Made by a program: the position numbers and the translations under genes. Under the pieces are notes generated by a model. That model was given only the letters and a program-made list of their open reading frames with translations. It was not told the DNA's origin and made no database searches. A DNA stretch of 32,000 nt. Origin: Cylindrospermopsis raciborskii Cr2010 (lineage in GTDB: Bacteria; Cyanobacteriota; Cyanobacteriia; Cyanobacteriales; Nostocaceae). This document shows, piece by piece, positions 16,297-25,853 of the stretch; positions within the stretch are counted from its first letter, which is position 1; each line of letters begins with the position of its first letter. The stretch lies in assembly GCF_003367075.2 (NCBI RefSeq), contig NZ_CP065936.1, positions 3,510,001 through 3,542,000 on the forward strand. Direction: 5' to 3'.

Positions 16297-19200
16297 ATGA
16301 CAAACTTTTCACAAGCGGATGATATAGATCTATTGGGATTGCTATTGGAAGAAGAAGGAATTGAACTAGAAATCAAGGAAGTAGTTCCCCGTGTAGGATC
16401 CACGGAAGCGCCCACTTCTTTTCAACAAAGACGACTATGGTTTCTCTATGAATTAGAACCTACATCCTCAGCTTATAACATTTGTTCTATTTTTGATCTG
16501 AAAGGAACACTAAATATAACAGCTTTACGGGTTGCATTCAAGCAGTTACAACAACGTCATGAAAGCCTGCGAACTACATTTATGGATGTTGATGGAGAGC
16601 CTTGGCAGAAAATCCATGCTAATAGTGCAACTGAATTAAGACTGGAAGATTGGAGCAATGATAGGAGTGAGGATAAAAGACCAGAAATAATAGCTGAAAT
16701 TGCTCGTCATGAAAGTGATCATCAGTTCAACCTGCAAACAGGTCCCCTGATCCGTGCCCAACTGTTTAAAATTGAGTCAAAACAACATATTCTTAGTATT
16801 AACCTACATCATATTATTGCTGATGCTTGGTCCGTTGGCATAATTCTGGAAGAAATTGCTATGCTTTATCAGGCAGAAATTTCCAAAACTCCAATGGCAT
16901 TACCAGAATTAAAATTCCAATATACAGATTATGCCCTGTGGCAAAAAGGAAATTTCCAGAATTCTAATATTTTAGAAAAAAGCCTGACCTATTGGGAAAA
17001 ACAACTAGCCCAATTGCCAACTTTACAGTTCCCCTTGGATTTTCCCAGACCGCGATTACAAACATTTCGCGGAGGCTTAATTAAATTTGAGATATCAAAA
17101 GAAACAACCAATAGGATCCGCAACTTTATCGTAAAAGAGGGTGCAACCTTATTTATGTTTCTGATGGCTGTATTCCAAACTTTACTTTCCCGTTACACTG
17201 GACAGGAAGATATAGCCGTAGGGACTTCGATTGCTAACCGTCCATCGGACTCAGAAAACCTAATTGGTTTTTTCGTCAATATGTTAGTAATTCGTACTAA
17301 CTTAGCCGATGAACCTAACTTTAATTCCTTATTAAAAACCGTAAAGAAAACAATTTTATCTGCTTTTGAGCATAAAGAAATTCCCTTTGAAACTTTAGTC
17401 GAAAAATTGAATTTACCAAGGGACACCAGTAGAAATCCTTTATTTCAGATTGCTTTTACCCTATTAAACGCACCTAAACCGCAGTTTGGTACTGGTGATT
17501 TGGAAGTTTGCATATTAGCAACTCAGGAAGCAGCACGTTTTGACTTAGAACTGTTCATTACCGAAACGGAAGACACTTTAAATGGAGCTGTATCGTACAA
17601 CATTGATTTGTTGAAAAGAGAAACTGTAGAAAGGCTTGCCCGTCATTTTTGTCAACTGTTAGAGAGCGTACTTGCTCAACCCGAGATACCAGTTAGTCGC
17701 TTACCTTTTTTGCTCTCAGAAGAAATAGCTGTTTTGGCACCGTCTCAACCTGCACAAACTTTTCCCGTGCATTTCTGTTTGCATGATATATTTACTGAGC
17801 AGGCCAAATTGCGTCCTCAGCAAACCGCACTAATATTTGGGCAAGAAAGACTGACATATTCAGAAGTAAATTATCGTGCCAACCAATTAGCACACTATTT
17901 AATGCGTGTTGGAGTAAAACCGGAAGCAAGAGTGGGACTATGGTTATCTCGGTCATTGGATTTGGTCATAGGGATTATCGCAATTTTGAAAGCTGGAGGT
18001 GTTTACGTTCCCTTTGACCCCAACTATCCAAGGGATCGTATAACCTATATGTTGGAAGATAGTCAAATTAGAGTTCTGCTAACCCACAGCGAATTTGAAG
18101 CTCAAATACCATTTGATTTTACCAATAATAACATACTTACTATATTTATTGATAAATACAAGTCTGAATTCACTCAAGAGGTAACAACAGAACCGGAAGT
18201 ATTAATTCTTCCCGATAACGCTGCTTACATTATTTATACCTCTGGTTCCACGGGAAAACCCAAAGGAGTTGTGGTTACCCATCGTCATGTGGTGCGGTTA
18301 ATGTTATCGACTGAGAAGTGGTTTAAATTTAACGCCAAGGATGTTTGGACACTCTTTCACTCCTGTGCTTTTGATTTCTCAGTTTGGGAAATTTGGGGGG
18401 CATTATTCTATGGTGGTGTTTTAGTGATCGTCCCCTATCTAATCAGTCGATCACCGGAGGAATTCTATAACTTACTGTGCGAAGAAAAAGTTACGGTTTT
18501 AAATCAAACCCCCTCAGCTTTTCAGCAACTAATCCAGGCAGAATCCACACTCTGTCGAGAGGGAGAATTAGAATTACGGTATGTGATTTTTGGTGGTGAA
18601 GCATTGGATTTAGCTAGTTTAGAACCCTGGTTTGAAAGGCACGATGATCAGTTTCCACTACTTGTAAATATGTACGGAATTACGGAGACTACAGTTCATG
18701 TAACCTACCTTCCCCTTACTTTTAAGGATGTCAAAAAAGGATCAGGCAGTTTAATTGGTAAACAAATTCCTGACCTTTCTTTATATATTTTAGATCGTCA
18801 TCTGCAACCTGTTCCCATAGGTGTTGTAGGAGAAATGTATGTGGGTGGTGCAGGTGTTACTCGTGGTTATTTTCACCGTCCTCAACTAACAGCAGAACGG
18901 ATGATTCCCAACCCATTTGCCACCAATGATCTCACATCGGTACGTCTCTATAAAACCGGTGATTTAGCCCGTTTTCTGGATAATGGAAACATTGAATATA
19001 TAGGACGCAATGATCATCAGGTTAAGATTCGTGGGTTTCGCATAGAATTAGGTGAAATTGAAGCACTTATTAAAAGTCACCCAGAAGTAAGAGATGCCCT
19101 GGTAATTGCCAGAGAGGAAAGCAAAGAAGATGTGAGGTTGGATGCTTACATAATTCCTATAAATCAAATTGCTAATACTGAAACTTTAACACAAGAACAA

Positions 19201-22200
19201 ACTCAGGAATGGCAATATACCTTTAATGATACCTATAATATAACCTCAGGGGAAACTGAAGAAGACTTTAATATTATTGGTTGGAATAGCAGCTATAGTA
19301 ATCAGCCCATTCCTGGGGTTGAAATGCGCCAATGGCTCAACAATACTCTACTGAGAATACAATCCCTCAAGCCTAGGAAAGTTTTGGAAATTGGTTGCGG
19401 TACGGGTATGATTTTATTAAATATTGCTCCCCAAGTAGAATCTTACTGGGGAACGGATTTTTCCCAAGCTGCAATTAATCGCCTGGATACTATTGTTAAA
19501 AACCGCTCTCTAAAAAACGTCAACCTACTAACTAGGGAAGCAATTGATTTTTCAGAAATTCCCACTGGTTATTTTGACACTGTTGTTATTAACTCTGTTG
19601 CGCAATATTTTCCATCAATTGAGTATTTGCAACAGGTCATTAAAAGTGTTTGGCAATTATTAAAAACCGGAGGAAGTTTATTTATTGGTGATAATCGAAA
19701 TTTGTCACTGTCAAATTATTTCTACGCTAGCGTTGCTTATTTTCAGGCTAATGACAACACTGATTGTGAAACATTTAAAACTCAGGTTAGACGCATTGCA
19801 AAAAAAGAGAACGAATTAATTATTGCTCCGCATTTCTTCACTGATTTAAGAAAATCATTTCCTGACTTAACAGCTGTAGAAATTCAAATTAAGTCGGAAA
19901 ATAATGAAAATGAGCTGACTAAATACCGTTATGATGTGATCTTACATAAGTTAGGTATATCAACAGAACAACCACCAGAAATTATCTGGCGAGATTGGGA
20001 GACTGACAATTTACAATTGACGGATTTAAAACAGCAAGTTATTGAAATGAGATCTATCGGTTGGCATAGTGTACCTAATGGTCGGCTAAGTAAAGATGCT
20101 GCCATTTACCAATGGATGTTAAAAAACAGCCACGAAAATGAACAAAAAACCATTGGTGAATTAAGAACTGTGCTCAATAACATTCATGAGCCAAAAGGGT
20201 TCAATCCAGCAGATTTTTATGCTATTGCTCAAGAAATTGGTTCGGAAGTAAGTATTAGTTATTCACCGGGAAAAGTAGATTGTTTTGATGTATGTTTTTA
20301 TCCTGTGAGCCACAAAAAATTCATGGTACCATCAATGCCAATTATCAATGATTTAAGTGATTCATTGGATCGAGATGATCACCCATATTGGATTGATCCC
20401 CTCCAAAGTAGATTTACCAAATTCCTAATTTCTCAATTGAAGCAAAGGTTAGAGGAGAAATTACCAGAATATATGTGTCCCTCGGCCTTTATGATTTTAG
20501 AAAATTTCCCTCTTACCCCCAGTGGTAAGCTGGACAGACGTGCCCTACCCATACCAGATCGGGATTTAACAATTAATCAACAATCCCTGGTGTTACCTAA
20601 AACTCCTACGGAACAGAAACTATCTCAACTATGGATGGATGTTTTAGGAATTGATAAAATTGGCGTTACGGAGGATTTCTTCCATTTGGGAGGACATTCA
20701 CTTTTAGCAACTAAATTGGTGTCTCGTATTAGGGAGGAATTTAATGTAGCCTTACCTTTACGGTCAATTTTTGAATATTCAACCATTGCTCGGTTAGGAG
20801 ACGAAATTGACTGTTTAATTAATGTAAATACTACTAAAACAGGCCCAGAAGATATTATTCCTGTTTCTAACCGAGAAAATTTACCCCTTTCTTTCTCCCA
20901 ATCTCGACTCTGGTTTTTAGATCTATTAGAAAAAGAAAATGCCGCGTATAATATATCAGTAGCTTTTCATTTAGAAGGAGATTTAAATGTAGATGCACTA
21001 CGAGAAAGCTGGCAAAATATTATTCAACGTCATGAGGTGTTGCGCACAACTTTCGATAATCTGCAAGGATCCCCAATTCAGACAGTTCATGACTGGTTGG
21101 AATTAAAATTAACCATAACAAATCTCAGTTGTTTAGACTTTCAAACCCAACAAGAAACATTGAGAAGGTCAATACAAGAAGTGGTTATTACTCCCTTTAA
21201 TCTTAAACAGCTACCATTACTACGTATCCATCTCTATCAATTATCTGACAATATTAGTGTTTTGTTGTTGGTCATACACCATATTATCGCTGATGGTTGG
21301 TCTTTGGGAGTCATGGTTAAAGAGTTATCCTTGTTCTACACGGCCATCTGTCAAAGAAATATCCCATCTATACCCCCTCTATCCATACAGTATGGAGATT
21401 TTGCCAATTGGCAACGGGAAGTTTTTCAGAAAACACAACTACCTATACAACTAGCTTACTGGAAACAAAAACTAACAGGTGCAAATCAAATTTTAGAACT
21501 ACCAACAGATTACCCTCGTTCCCCAATTCCGAGTTATCAAGGTAGTGCTGTAAACTTTGCAGTTGATCAACAAACCACTCAAGAATTTAAAAAACTATGC
21601 GAATCTCAAGGTGCCACTTTATTCATGGGTTTGTTGGTGGTATTTAGCATTTTGCTTATGCGCTATTCAGGACAAGAAGACTTATTAATTGGTACGCCAA
21701 TTGCTAACCGTAATCGTAAGCAGACCGAAGATTTAATCGGTTTTTTTGTCAATACTTTGGTCATCAGAAATAACTTGAGTGGTAATCCTAATTTTATCAA
21801 CTTACTCTCTAGAACTAAGGAAGAAACTCTACAAGCTTATGCTCATCAAGATGTACCCTTTGAAAAGATAGTAGAGGAAATAAATCCACAAAGAAATCTC
21901 AGTCAGCATCCATTATTTCAGGTAATGTTCGTCTGGCAAAATGCACCTATGAATAAGTTGGAACTACCTAACTTACAACTAGCTCCTTGGAGATTGGAAC
22001 AAAGATTAGCGAAGTTTGATTTGACCTTGTTAATGACGGAAACTGAACAGGGAATTGATGGAACATGGGAATATAGGACAGATTTATTTGCACTAGAAAC
22101 AATTAATAGAATGATCGGTCATTTTGAAACTCTATTAAAGGGTATTATTGCTGAACCACAAAAACCAATTACTCATTTACCTGTACTTACTAGCCACGAG

Positions 22201-24891
22201 AAAAATCAACTACTCTTTCAATGGAATCAAACGCAATTTGAGTACCCTTTGTATCAACAAAATAAGTGCCTGCATCAATTGTTTGAATTACAAGTAGAGA
22301 AAACACCTAATAATGTAGCTGTAGTTTTTAAAAATCAAAGTCTTACCTATTTTCAATTAAATCAAAGAGCTAATCAATTGGCCCATTATTTACAATCCCG
22401 TGGTGTCCGACCAGATGTATTGGTAGGAATTTGTATGGAGCGTTCATTAGAAATGGTAATTGGTTTACTGGGAATTTTAAAAGCTGGTGGTGCTTATGTT
22501 CCCATGGATTCCAATTATCCCCGGGAACGTCTTGACTTTATGTTAGTAGATGCTGGAATTTCTCTATTATTAACACAAGAAAACCAGGTCACAACTCTAG
22601 ATATTTTACCTCCGCACCAAATCATTTGCCTAGATAAGGAATGGCAAGTTATTGCTCAAGAGGATACACATAATCCCTCTACTAATTTAGTAGTAGAAAA
22701 TCTTGCATATCTTATCTACACATCTGGCTCGACTGGTCAACCCAAAGGAGTGATGATAAGCCATAGTGCTATTTGTAATCACATGTTGTGGATGCAAAAA
22801 ACCTTTAGTTTTGGGGAAAGGGAAAAAGTATTACAAAAAACACCTTTTAGTTTCGATGCTTCTGTATGGGAATTTTACGCACCTCTATTAACAGGTGGAC
22901 AGTTAATAATTGCCGAAAAAGATGGACACAAGGATGTTTCTTACCTGTTGAAATTAATTTGTGAGCAACAAGTAACAGTTCTACAAATGGTTCCTTCCTT
23001 ACTACAAATGTTCCTAGAATATGGGGAGATAGAAAATTGTCATTCCTTAACACATATCTTCTGTGGGGGTGAAGCTTTACCAGTAGCTATGGTAGAAAAT
23101 TTATTGAGCAAACTAAATGTTAACTTTCACAACCTCTATGGACCTACGGAAGCCTGTATTGATGCTACTTTTTTAAGCTTCACAAAAGAAAACAATCACT
23201 ATATTAAACAAAATATGCTTCCCATTGGTCGTCCCATCGCTAATACACAAACTTATGTTCTTGATGCTCACTTACAACCAGTTCCCATTGGGGTTCCAGG
23301 TGAACTATACATAGGTGGTATGGGACTAGCACGTGGTTATTGCCAACTTCCGCAATTAACTAGAGATAAGTTTATTGCTCATCCCTTTAGCGATAATCCA
23401 GATTCACGTCTTTATAAAACAGGAGACTTAGTTCGTTACCTTCCCGATGGAAACATTGAATTTATAGGACGCATTGACCACCAAGTTAAAATACGCGGTT
23501 TCCGCATTGAACTGGGAGAAATTGAAGCTGTATTGACTCAACATCCCAATGTACTGAATGCAGTTGTAGTTATTTCTGGAGACTCATCTGCCACTAACAG
23601 TTTAATTGCTTATTATGTAAGCACAGAAAAGCAATTTACCTCTTCGGGTGTGTTACGTGATTTCCTCAAAGAAAAGTTACCCGATTATATGATACCTAAC
23701 AGTTTTATAGTTTTAGACCATCTACCCATGACACCAAATGGGAAGATTGATAGGAAGCTATTGGCTGGGTTGAATATAAACAGGAATTTTGATGCTCATC
23801 AACATGTTTCCCCTCGCACACTTTTAGAATATAAACTAGTAGAAATATGGGAGGAAATTCTCCAAGTCAGTCCAATAAGTGTAACTGAAAACTTTTTTGA
23901 TTTAGGTGGTCATTCTCTTTTAGCCATCAGATTGATAGCTGCTATTGAGCAAAAGTTAAAATGTAATTTACCTGTGGTTTCTCTATTTAGAGAGGGGACT
24001 ATAGAGAAAATTGCCCTATTGTTAGACCAAGATCACCAAAAAGCAAGCAATCATTCAGATATTCTAATTCCTCTGCAAACTCAAGGCGATTTGCTACCTT
24101 TATTTTTAGTCCACCAAGCAGGAGGTTATGGTTTATCCTATTCGGTTCTAGCTGAAAAATTGGCTGTAGGTATGGGTAAAAAACTGCCCATCTATGCTAT
24201 TCAGTCACCTGGATTAGATGGTAAACAATCACCCTTAGAAAGCATTGAAGAAATGGCAAATACCTACATTCATACCATTCGAGAAATACAGCCCCATGGA
24301 CCTTACTTATTAGGTGGACATTCTTTAGGGGGATTAATTGCCTTTGCCATGGCTAGTCAATTGGAAGCTATGGGAGAACAAATTGAGCGCGTATTGATTA
24401 TAGATACCCATCCACCTATGCCAACGGATGAAACTATAGCTTCTTTGGAGGATAATGCAGGAATTATTTGTTTTATGGTGGAGCAAATAGCATTATTTTT
24501 TAATAAAAATGTGACTATCAATTATCAGACAATTTCTAGTTTGGATCAAGATTCCCAGTTAGACTATGTTGCACAAACATTAGAACAACATAATCTGATT
24601 CCACCCAACTCAGGAAATAGTTTAATTGCTCGTCTCATTAAGGTTTATAAGGCTAATTTACGCGCTAGTGTAGTCTATCAACCACCTGTAAATAGGTCTA
24701 ATATTACACTATTTATAACTCCCTCCCTAGCAGCTAAATTTCCCAATGACCCCACTGTTGGATGGCAAAAGTTAACCACTCAAAAAGTCCAAGTTTGTCG
24801 CGTTATGGGTGAACATCAAACTATGTTAAAAGAACCTGAAGTGGAAAATTTGGTCACGGAAATCATGGCTACATTAGTAAACACTCCTTAA
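16297..24891 (+). CDS. Terminal bimodular NRPS: docking extension - C - A(Thr) with embedded N-methyltransferase - T - C - A(Gln) - T - TE.
   Basis: The track ORF begins at GTG 16234; I prefer ATG 16297 (MTNFSQADDIDLL...). Motifs: HHIIADAW 16807-16830; TSGSTGKPKG 18238-18267; FDFSVWE 18370-18390; NMYGITETTVH 18667-18699; SAM motif VLEIGCGTG 19381-19407; carrier Ser 20698-20700 (GGHSL); HHIIADGW 21277-21300; TSGSTGQPKG 22720-22749; FDASVWE 22852-22872; carrier Ser 23914-23916; TE GHSLG with Ser at 24322-24324. Specificity codes are DFWNIGMVHK (Thr) and DAWQFGLIDK (Gln). Confidence 0.95.
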   Translation: MTNFSQADDIDLLGLLLEEEGIELEIKEVVPRVGSTEAPTSFQQRRLWFLYELEPTSSAYNICSIFDLKGTLNITALRVAFKQLQQRHESLRTTFMDVDGEPWQKIHANSATELRLEDWSNDRSEDKRPEIIAEIARHESDHQFNLQTGPLIRAQLFKIESKQHILSINLHHIIADAWSVGIILEEIAMLYQAEISKTPMALPELKFQYTDYALWQKGNFQNSNILEKSLTYWEKQLAQLPTLQFPLDFPRPRLQTFRGGLIKFEISKETTNRIRNFIVKEGATLFMFLMAVFQTLLSRYTGQEDIAVGTSIANRPSDSENLIGFFVNMLVIRTNLADEPNFNSLLKTVKKTILSAFEHKEIPFETLVEKLNLPRDTSRNPLFQIAFTLLNAPKPQFGTGDLEVCILATQEAARFDLELFITETEDTLNGAVSYNIDLLKRETVERLARHFCQLLESVLAQPEIPVSRLPFLLSEEIAVLAPSQPAQTFPVHFCLHDIFTEQAKLRPQQTALIFGQERLTYSEVNYRANQLAHYLMRVGVKPEARVGLWLSRSLDLVIGIIAILKAGGVYVPFDPNYPRDRITYMLEDSQIRVLLTHSEFEAQIPFDFTNNNILTIFIDKYKSEFTQEVTTEPEVLILPDNAAYIIYTSGSTGKPKGVVVTHRHVVRLMLSTEKWFKFNAKDVWTLFHSCAFDFSVWEIWGALFYGGVLVIVPYLISRSPEEFYNLLCEEKVTVLNQTPSAFQQLIQAESTLCREGELELRYVIFGGEALDLASLEPWFERHDDQFPLLVNMYGITETTVHVTYLPLTFKDVKKGSGSLIGKQIPDLSLYILDRHLQPVPIGVVGEMYVGGAGVTRGYFHRPQLTAERMIPNPFATNDLTSVRLYKTGDLARFLDNGNIEYIGRNDHQVKIRGFRIELGEIEALIKSHPEVRDALVIAREESKEDVRLDAYIIPINQIANTETLTQEQTQEWQYTFNDTYNITSGETEEDFNIIGWNSSYSNQPIPGVEMRQWLNNTLLRIQSLKPRKVLEIGCGTGMILLNIAPQVESYWGTDFSQAAINRLDTIVKNRSLKNVNLLTREAIDFSEIPTGYFDTVVINSVAQYFPSIEYLQQVIKSVWQLLKTGGSLFIGDNRNLSLSNYFYASVAYFQANDNTDCETFKTQVRRIAKKENELIIAPHFFTDLRKSFPDLTAVEIQIKSENNENELTKYRYDVILHKLGISTEQPPEIIWRDWETDNLQLTDLKQQVIEMRSIGWHSVPNGRLSKDAAIYQWMLKNSHENEQKTIGELRTVLNNIHEPKGFNPADFYAIAQEIGSEVSISYSPGKVDCFDVCFYPVSHKKFMVPSMPIINDLSDSLDRDDHPYWIDPLQSRFTKFLISQLKQRLEEKLPEYMCPSAFMILENFPLTPSGKLDRRALPIPDRDLTINQQSLVLPKTPTEQKLSQLWMDVLGIDKIGVTEDFFHLGGHSLLATKLVSRIREEFNVALPLRSIFEYSTIARLGDEIDCLINVNTTKTGPEDIIPVSNRENLPLSFSQSRLWFLDLLEKENAAYNISVAFHLEGDLNVDALRESWQNIIQRHEVLRTTFDNLQGSPIQTVHDWLELKLTITNLSCLDFQTQQETLRRSIQEVVITPFNLKQLPLLRIHLYQLSDNISVLLLVIHHIIADGWSLGVMVKELSLFYTAICQRNIPSIPPLSIQYGDFANWQREVFQKTQLPIQLAYWKQKLTGANQILELPTDYPRSPIPSYQGSAVNFAVDQQTTQEFKKLCESQGATLFMGLLVVFSILLMRYSGQEDLLIGTPIANRNRKQTEDLIGFFVNTLVIRNNLSGNPNFINLLSRTKEETLQAYAHQDVPFEKIVEEINPQRNLSQHPLFQVMFVWQNAPMNKLELPNLQLAPWRLEQRLAKFDLTLLMTETEQGIDGTWEYRTDLFALETINRMIGHFETLLKGIIAEPQKPITHLPVLTSHEKNQLLFQWNQTQFEYPLYQQNKCLHQLFELQVEKTPNNVAVVFKNQSLTYFQLNQRANQLAHYLQSRGVRPDVLVGICMERSLEMVIGLLGILKAGGAYVPMDSNYPRERLDFMLVDAGISLLLTQENQVTTLDILPPHQIICLDKEWQVIAQEDTHNPSTNLVVENLAYLIYTSGSTGQPKGVMISHSAICNHMLWMQKTFSFGEREKVLQKTPFSFDASVWEFYAPLLTGGQLIIAEKDGHKDVSYLLKLICEQQVTVLQMVPSLLQMFLEYGEIENCHSLTHIFCGGEALPVAMVENLLSKLNVNFHNLYGPTEACIDATFLSFTKENNHYIKQNMLPIGRPIANTQTYVLDAHLQPVPIGVPGELYIGGMGLARGYCQLPQLTRDKFIAHPFSDNPDSRLYKTGDLVRYLPDGNIEFIGRIDHQVKIRGFRIELGEIEAVLTQHPNVLNAVVVISGDSSATNSLIAYYVSTEKQFTSSGVLRDFLKEKLPDYMIPNSFIVLDHLPMTPNGKIDRKLLAGLNINRNFDAHQHVSPRTLLEYKLVEIWEEILQVSPISVTENFFDLGGHSLLAIRLIAAIEQKLKCNLPVVSLFREGTIEKIALLLDQDHQKASNHSDILIPLQTQGDLLPLFLVHQAGGYGLSYSVLAEKLAVGMGKKLPIYAIQSPGLDGKQSPLESIEEMANTYIHTIREIQPHGPYLLGGHSLGGLIAFAMASQLEAMGEQIERVLIIDTHPPMPTDETIASLEDNAGIICFMVEQIALFFNKNVTINYQTISSLDQDSQLDYVAQTLEQHNLIPPNSGNSLIARLIKVYKANLRASVVYQPPVNRSNITLFITPSLAAKFPNDPTVGWQKLTTQKVQVCRVMGEHQTMLKEPEVENLVTEIMATLVNTP
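19200..20400 (+). other. N-methyltransferase domain inserted between A-domain motifs A8 and A9 of the Thr module.
   Basis: About 400 aa are inserted after GRNDHQVKIRGFRIELGEIE...LDAYIIP and before LPEYMCPSAF...PSGKLDRRAL. The insert contains the SAM-binding motif VLEIGCGTG and the sequence GGSLFIGDNRN. Boundaries are approximate. Confidence 0.85.
24070..24888 (+). other. Thioesterase (TE) release/cyclisation domain.
   Basis: The C-terminal ~270 aa contain LFLVHQAGGYGLSY and the nucleophile elbow GGHSLGG. Confidence 0.85.
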
Positions 24892-24979
24892 CTAATTAGG
24901 TCATTGGCATTGAGTAAAAATCTGCTTAAATATGACTAAAAAATCTATTAAACAAAAAAACTAAATTACTTAGAATGAA

Positions 24980-25717
24980 ATGAGTAAAATTCCCCAGATT
25001 ATCCATCAAATTTTTTTTCTAGGAGCAGCAGCAGTACCGGAAAAATATCGACGTTATCAACAAACAGTTTTACAAAATCATCCCCATTGGGAATACCAAT
25101 TTTGGGATGAACGCAAAGCTAGAGGATTTATGACAGATAATTATCCCTGGTTCCTACCAGTATTTGATGCTTATCCTCATGATATTCAGCGTCGTGATGC
25201 CATACGTTATTTCATACTCTATCACTATGGTGGGTTTTACTTAGATATGGATGTAGAAAGTATAAAACCACTGGATAATTTATTGGCAGATTTCGAGCTT
25301 ATTCTATCCAAGTTGGTAGGTTTTAGTAATGCAATTATGGGTAGTATTCCCAAGCATCCTCTGTGGTTGAAAGTGTTTGAGGAATTAAAAAACCGTCAAC
25401 ATAACTCAGACCATAAAATAATGCCACTTTATGTTGGACATAGTACTGGACCAATTATGCTTAACGACTGCGTGGTTGGGGGTAAATTTGATCAAAATTC
25501 TAATGTTCTAGTCTGTCCAGGATATATTTTTGAGCCAGGTGCACCCATGGAACTTAATGGTAAAATCTTCAAGAGTCACGTTAACCCAGAGACTTATACT
25601 ATACATCACATGACCACTTCTTGGTTACCTAGAAAACACCAAATAGCCAGGTTTTTATTCGGGTTGATGTTAGAACCATACTGGTTTTTTCGATCTTTAT
25701 TTAAAGGCAAAATTTAA
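24980..25717 (+). CDS. Glycosyltransferase with a DXD sugar-binding region (Och1/Sur1-like; mannosyltransferase-like).
   Basis: The 245-aa ORF contains IPQIIHQIFF, RRDAIRYFILYHYGGFYLDMDVE (DXD motif) and HPLW, the pattern of the Gly_transf_sug family. Confidence 0.7.
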   Translation: MSKIPQIIHQIFFLGAAAVPEKYRRYQQTVLQNHPHWEYQFWDERKARGFMTDNYPWFLPVFDAYPHDIQRRDAIRYFILYHYGGFYLDMDVESIKPLDNLLADFELILSKLVGFSNAIMGSIPKHPLWLKVFEELKNRQHNSDHKIMPLYVGHSTGPIMLNDCVVGGKFDQNSNVLVCPGYIFEPGAPMELNGKIFKSHVNPETYTIHHMTTSWLPRKHQIARFLFGLMLEPYWFFRSLFKGKI

Positions 25718-25814
25718 TTTATGAACCAAAACTTTCGGGAGAACCACAAAAAAACAATTGGAGGACGGCTAGACAAAATTGAGTTCTACTTTAGATGAAA
25801 ATTTTAGGTACTGA

Positions 25815-25822
25815 GCGATCGC
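25815..25822. repeat. HIP1 palindrome GCGATCGC.
   Basis: Exact octamer, in the intergenic region upstream of the GT39 gene. Confidence 0.9.
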
Positions 25823-25853
25823 TTCAAAAAAAGTCGTTAGGAAATTAGGACAA

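Noticed and set aside
17193-23053. Track ORFs 17193-17426 (-), 21257-21454 (+) and 22847-23053 (-).
   Set aside because: They are embedded in the 2885-aa NRPS coding sequence and are shadow ORFs.
24975-24983. A tiny ATG-AAA-TGA mini-ORF overlapping the DXD glycosyltransferase start.
   Set aside because: At two codons it is most likely fortuitous, and there is no evidence that it acts as a regulatory uORF.
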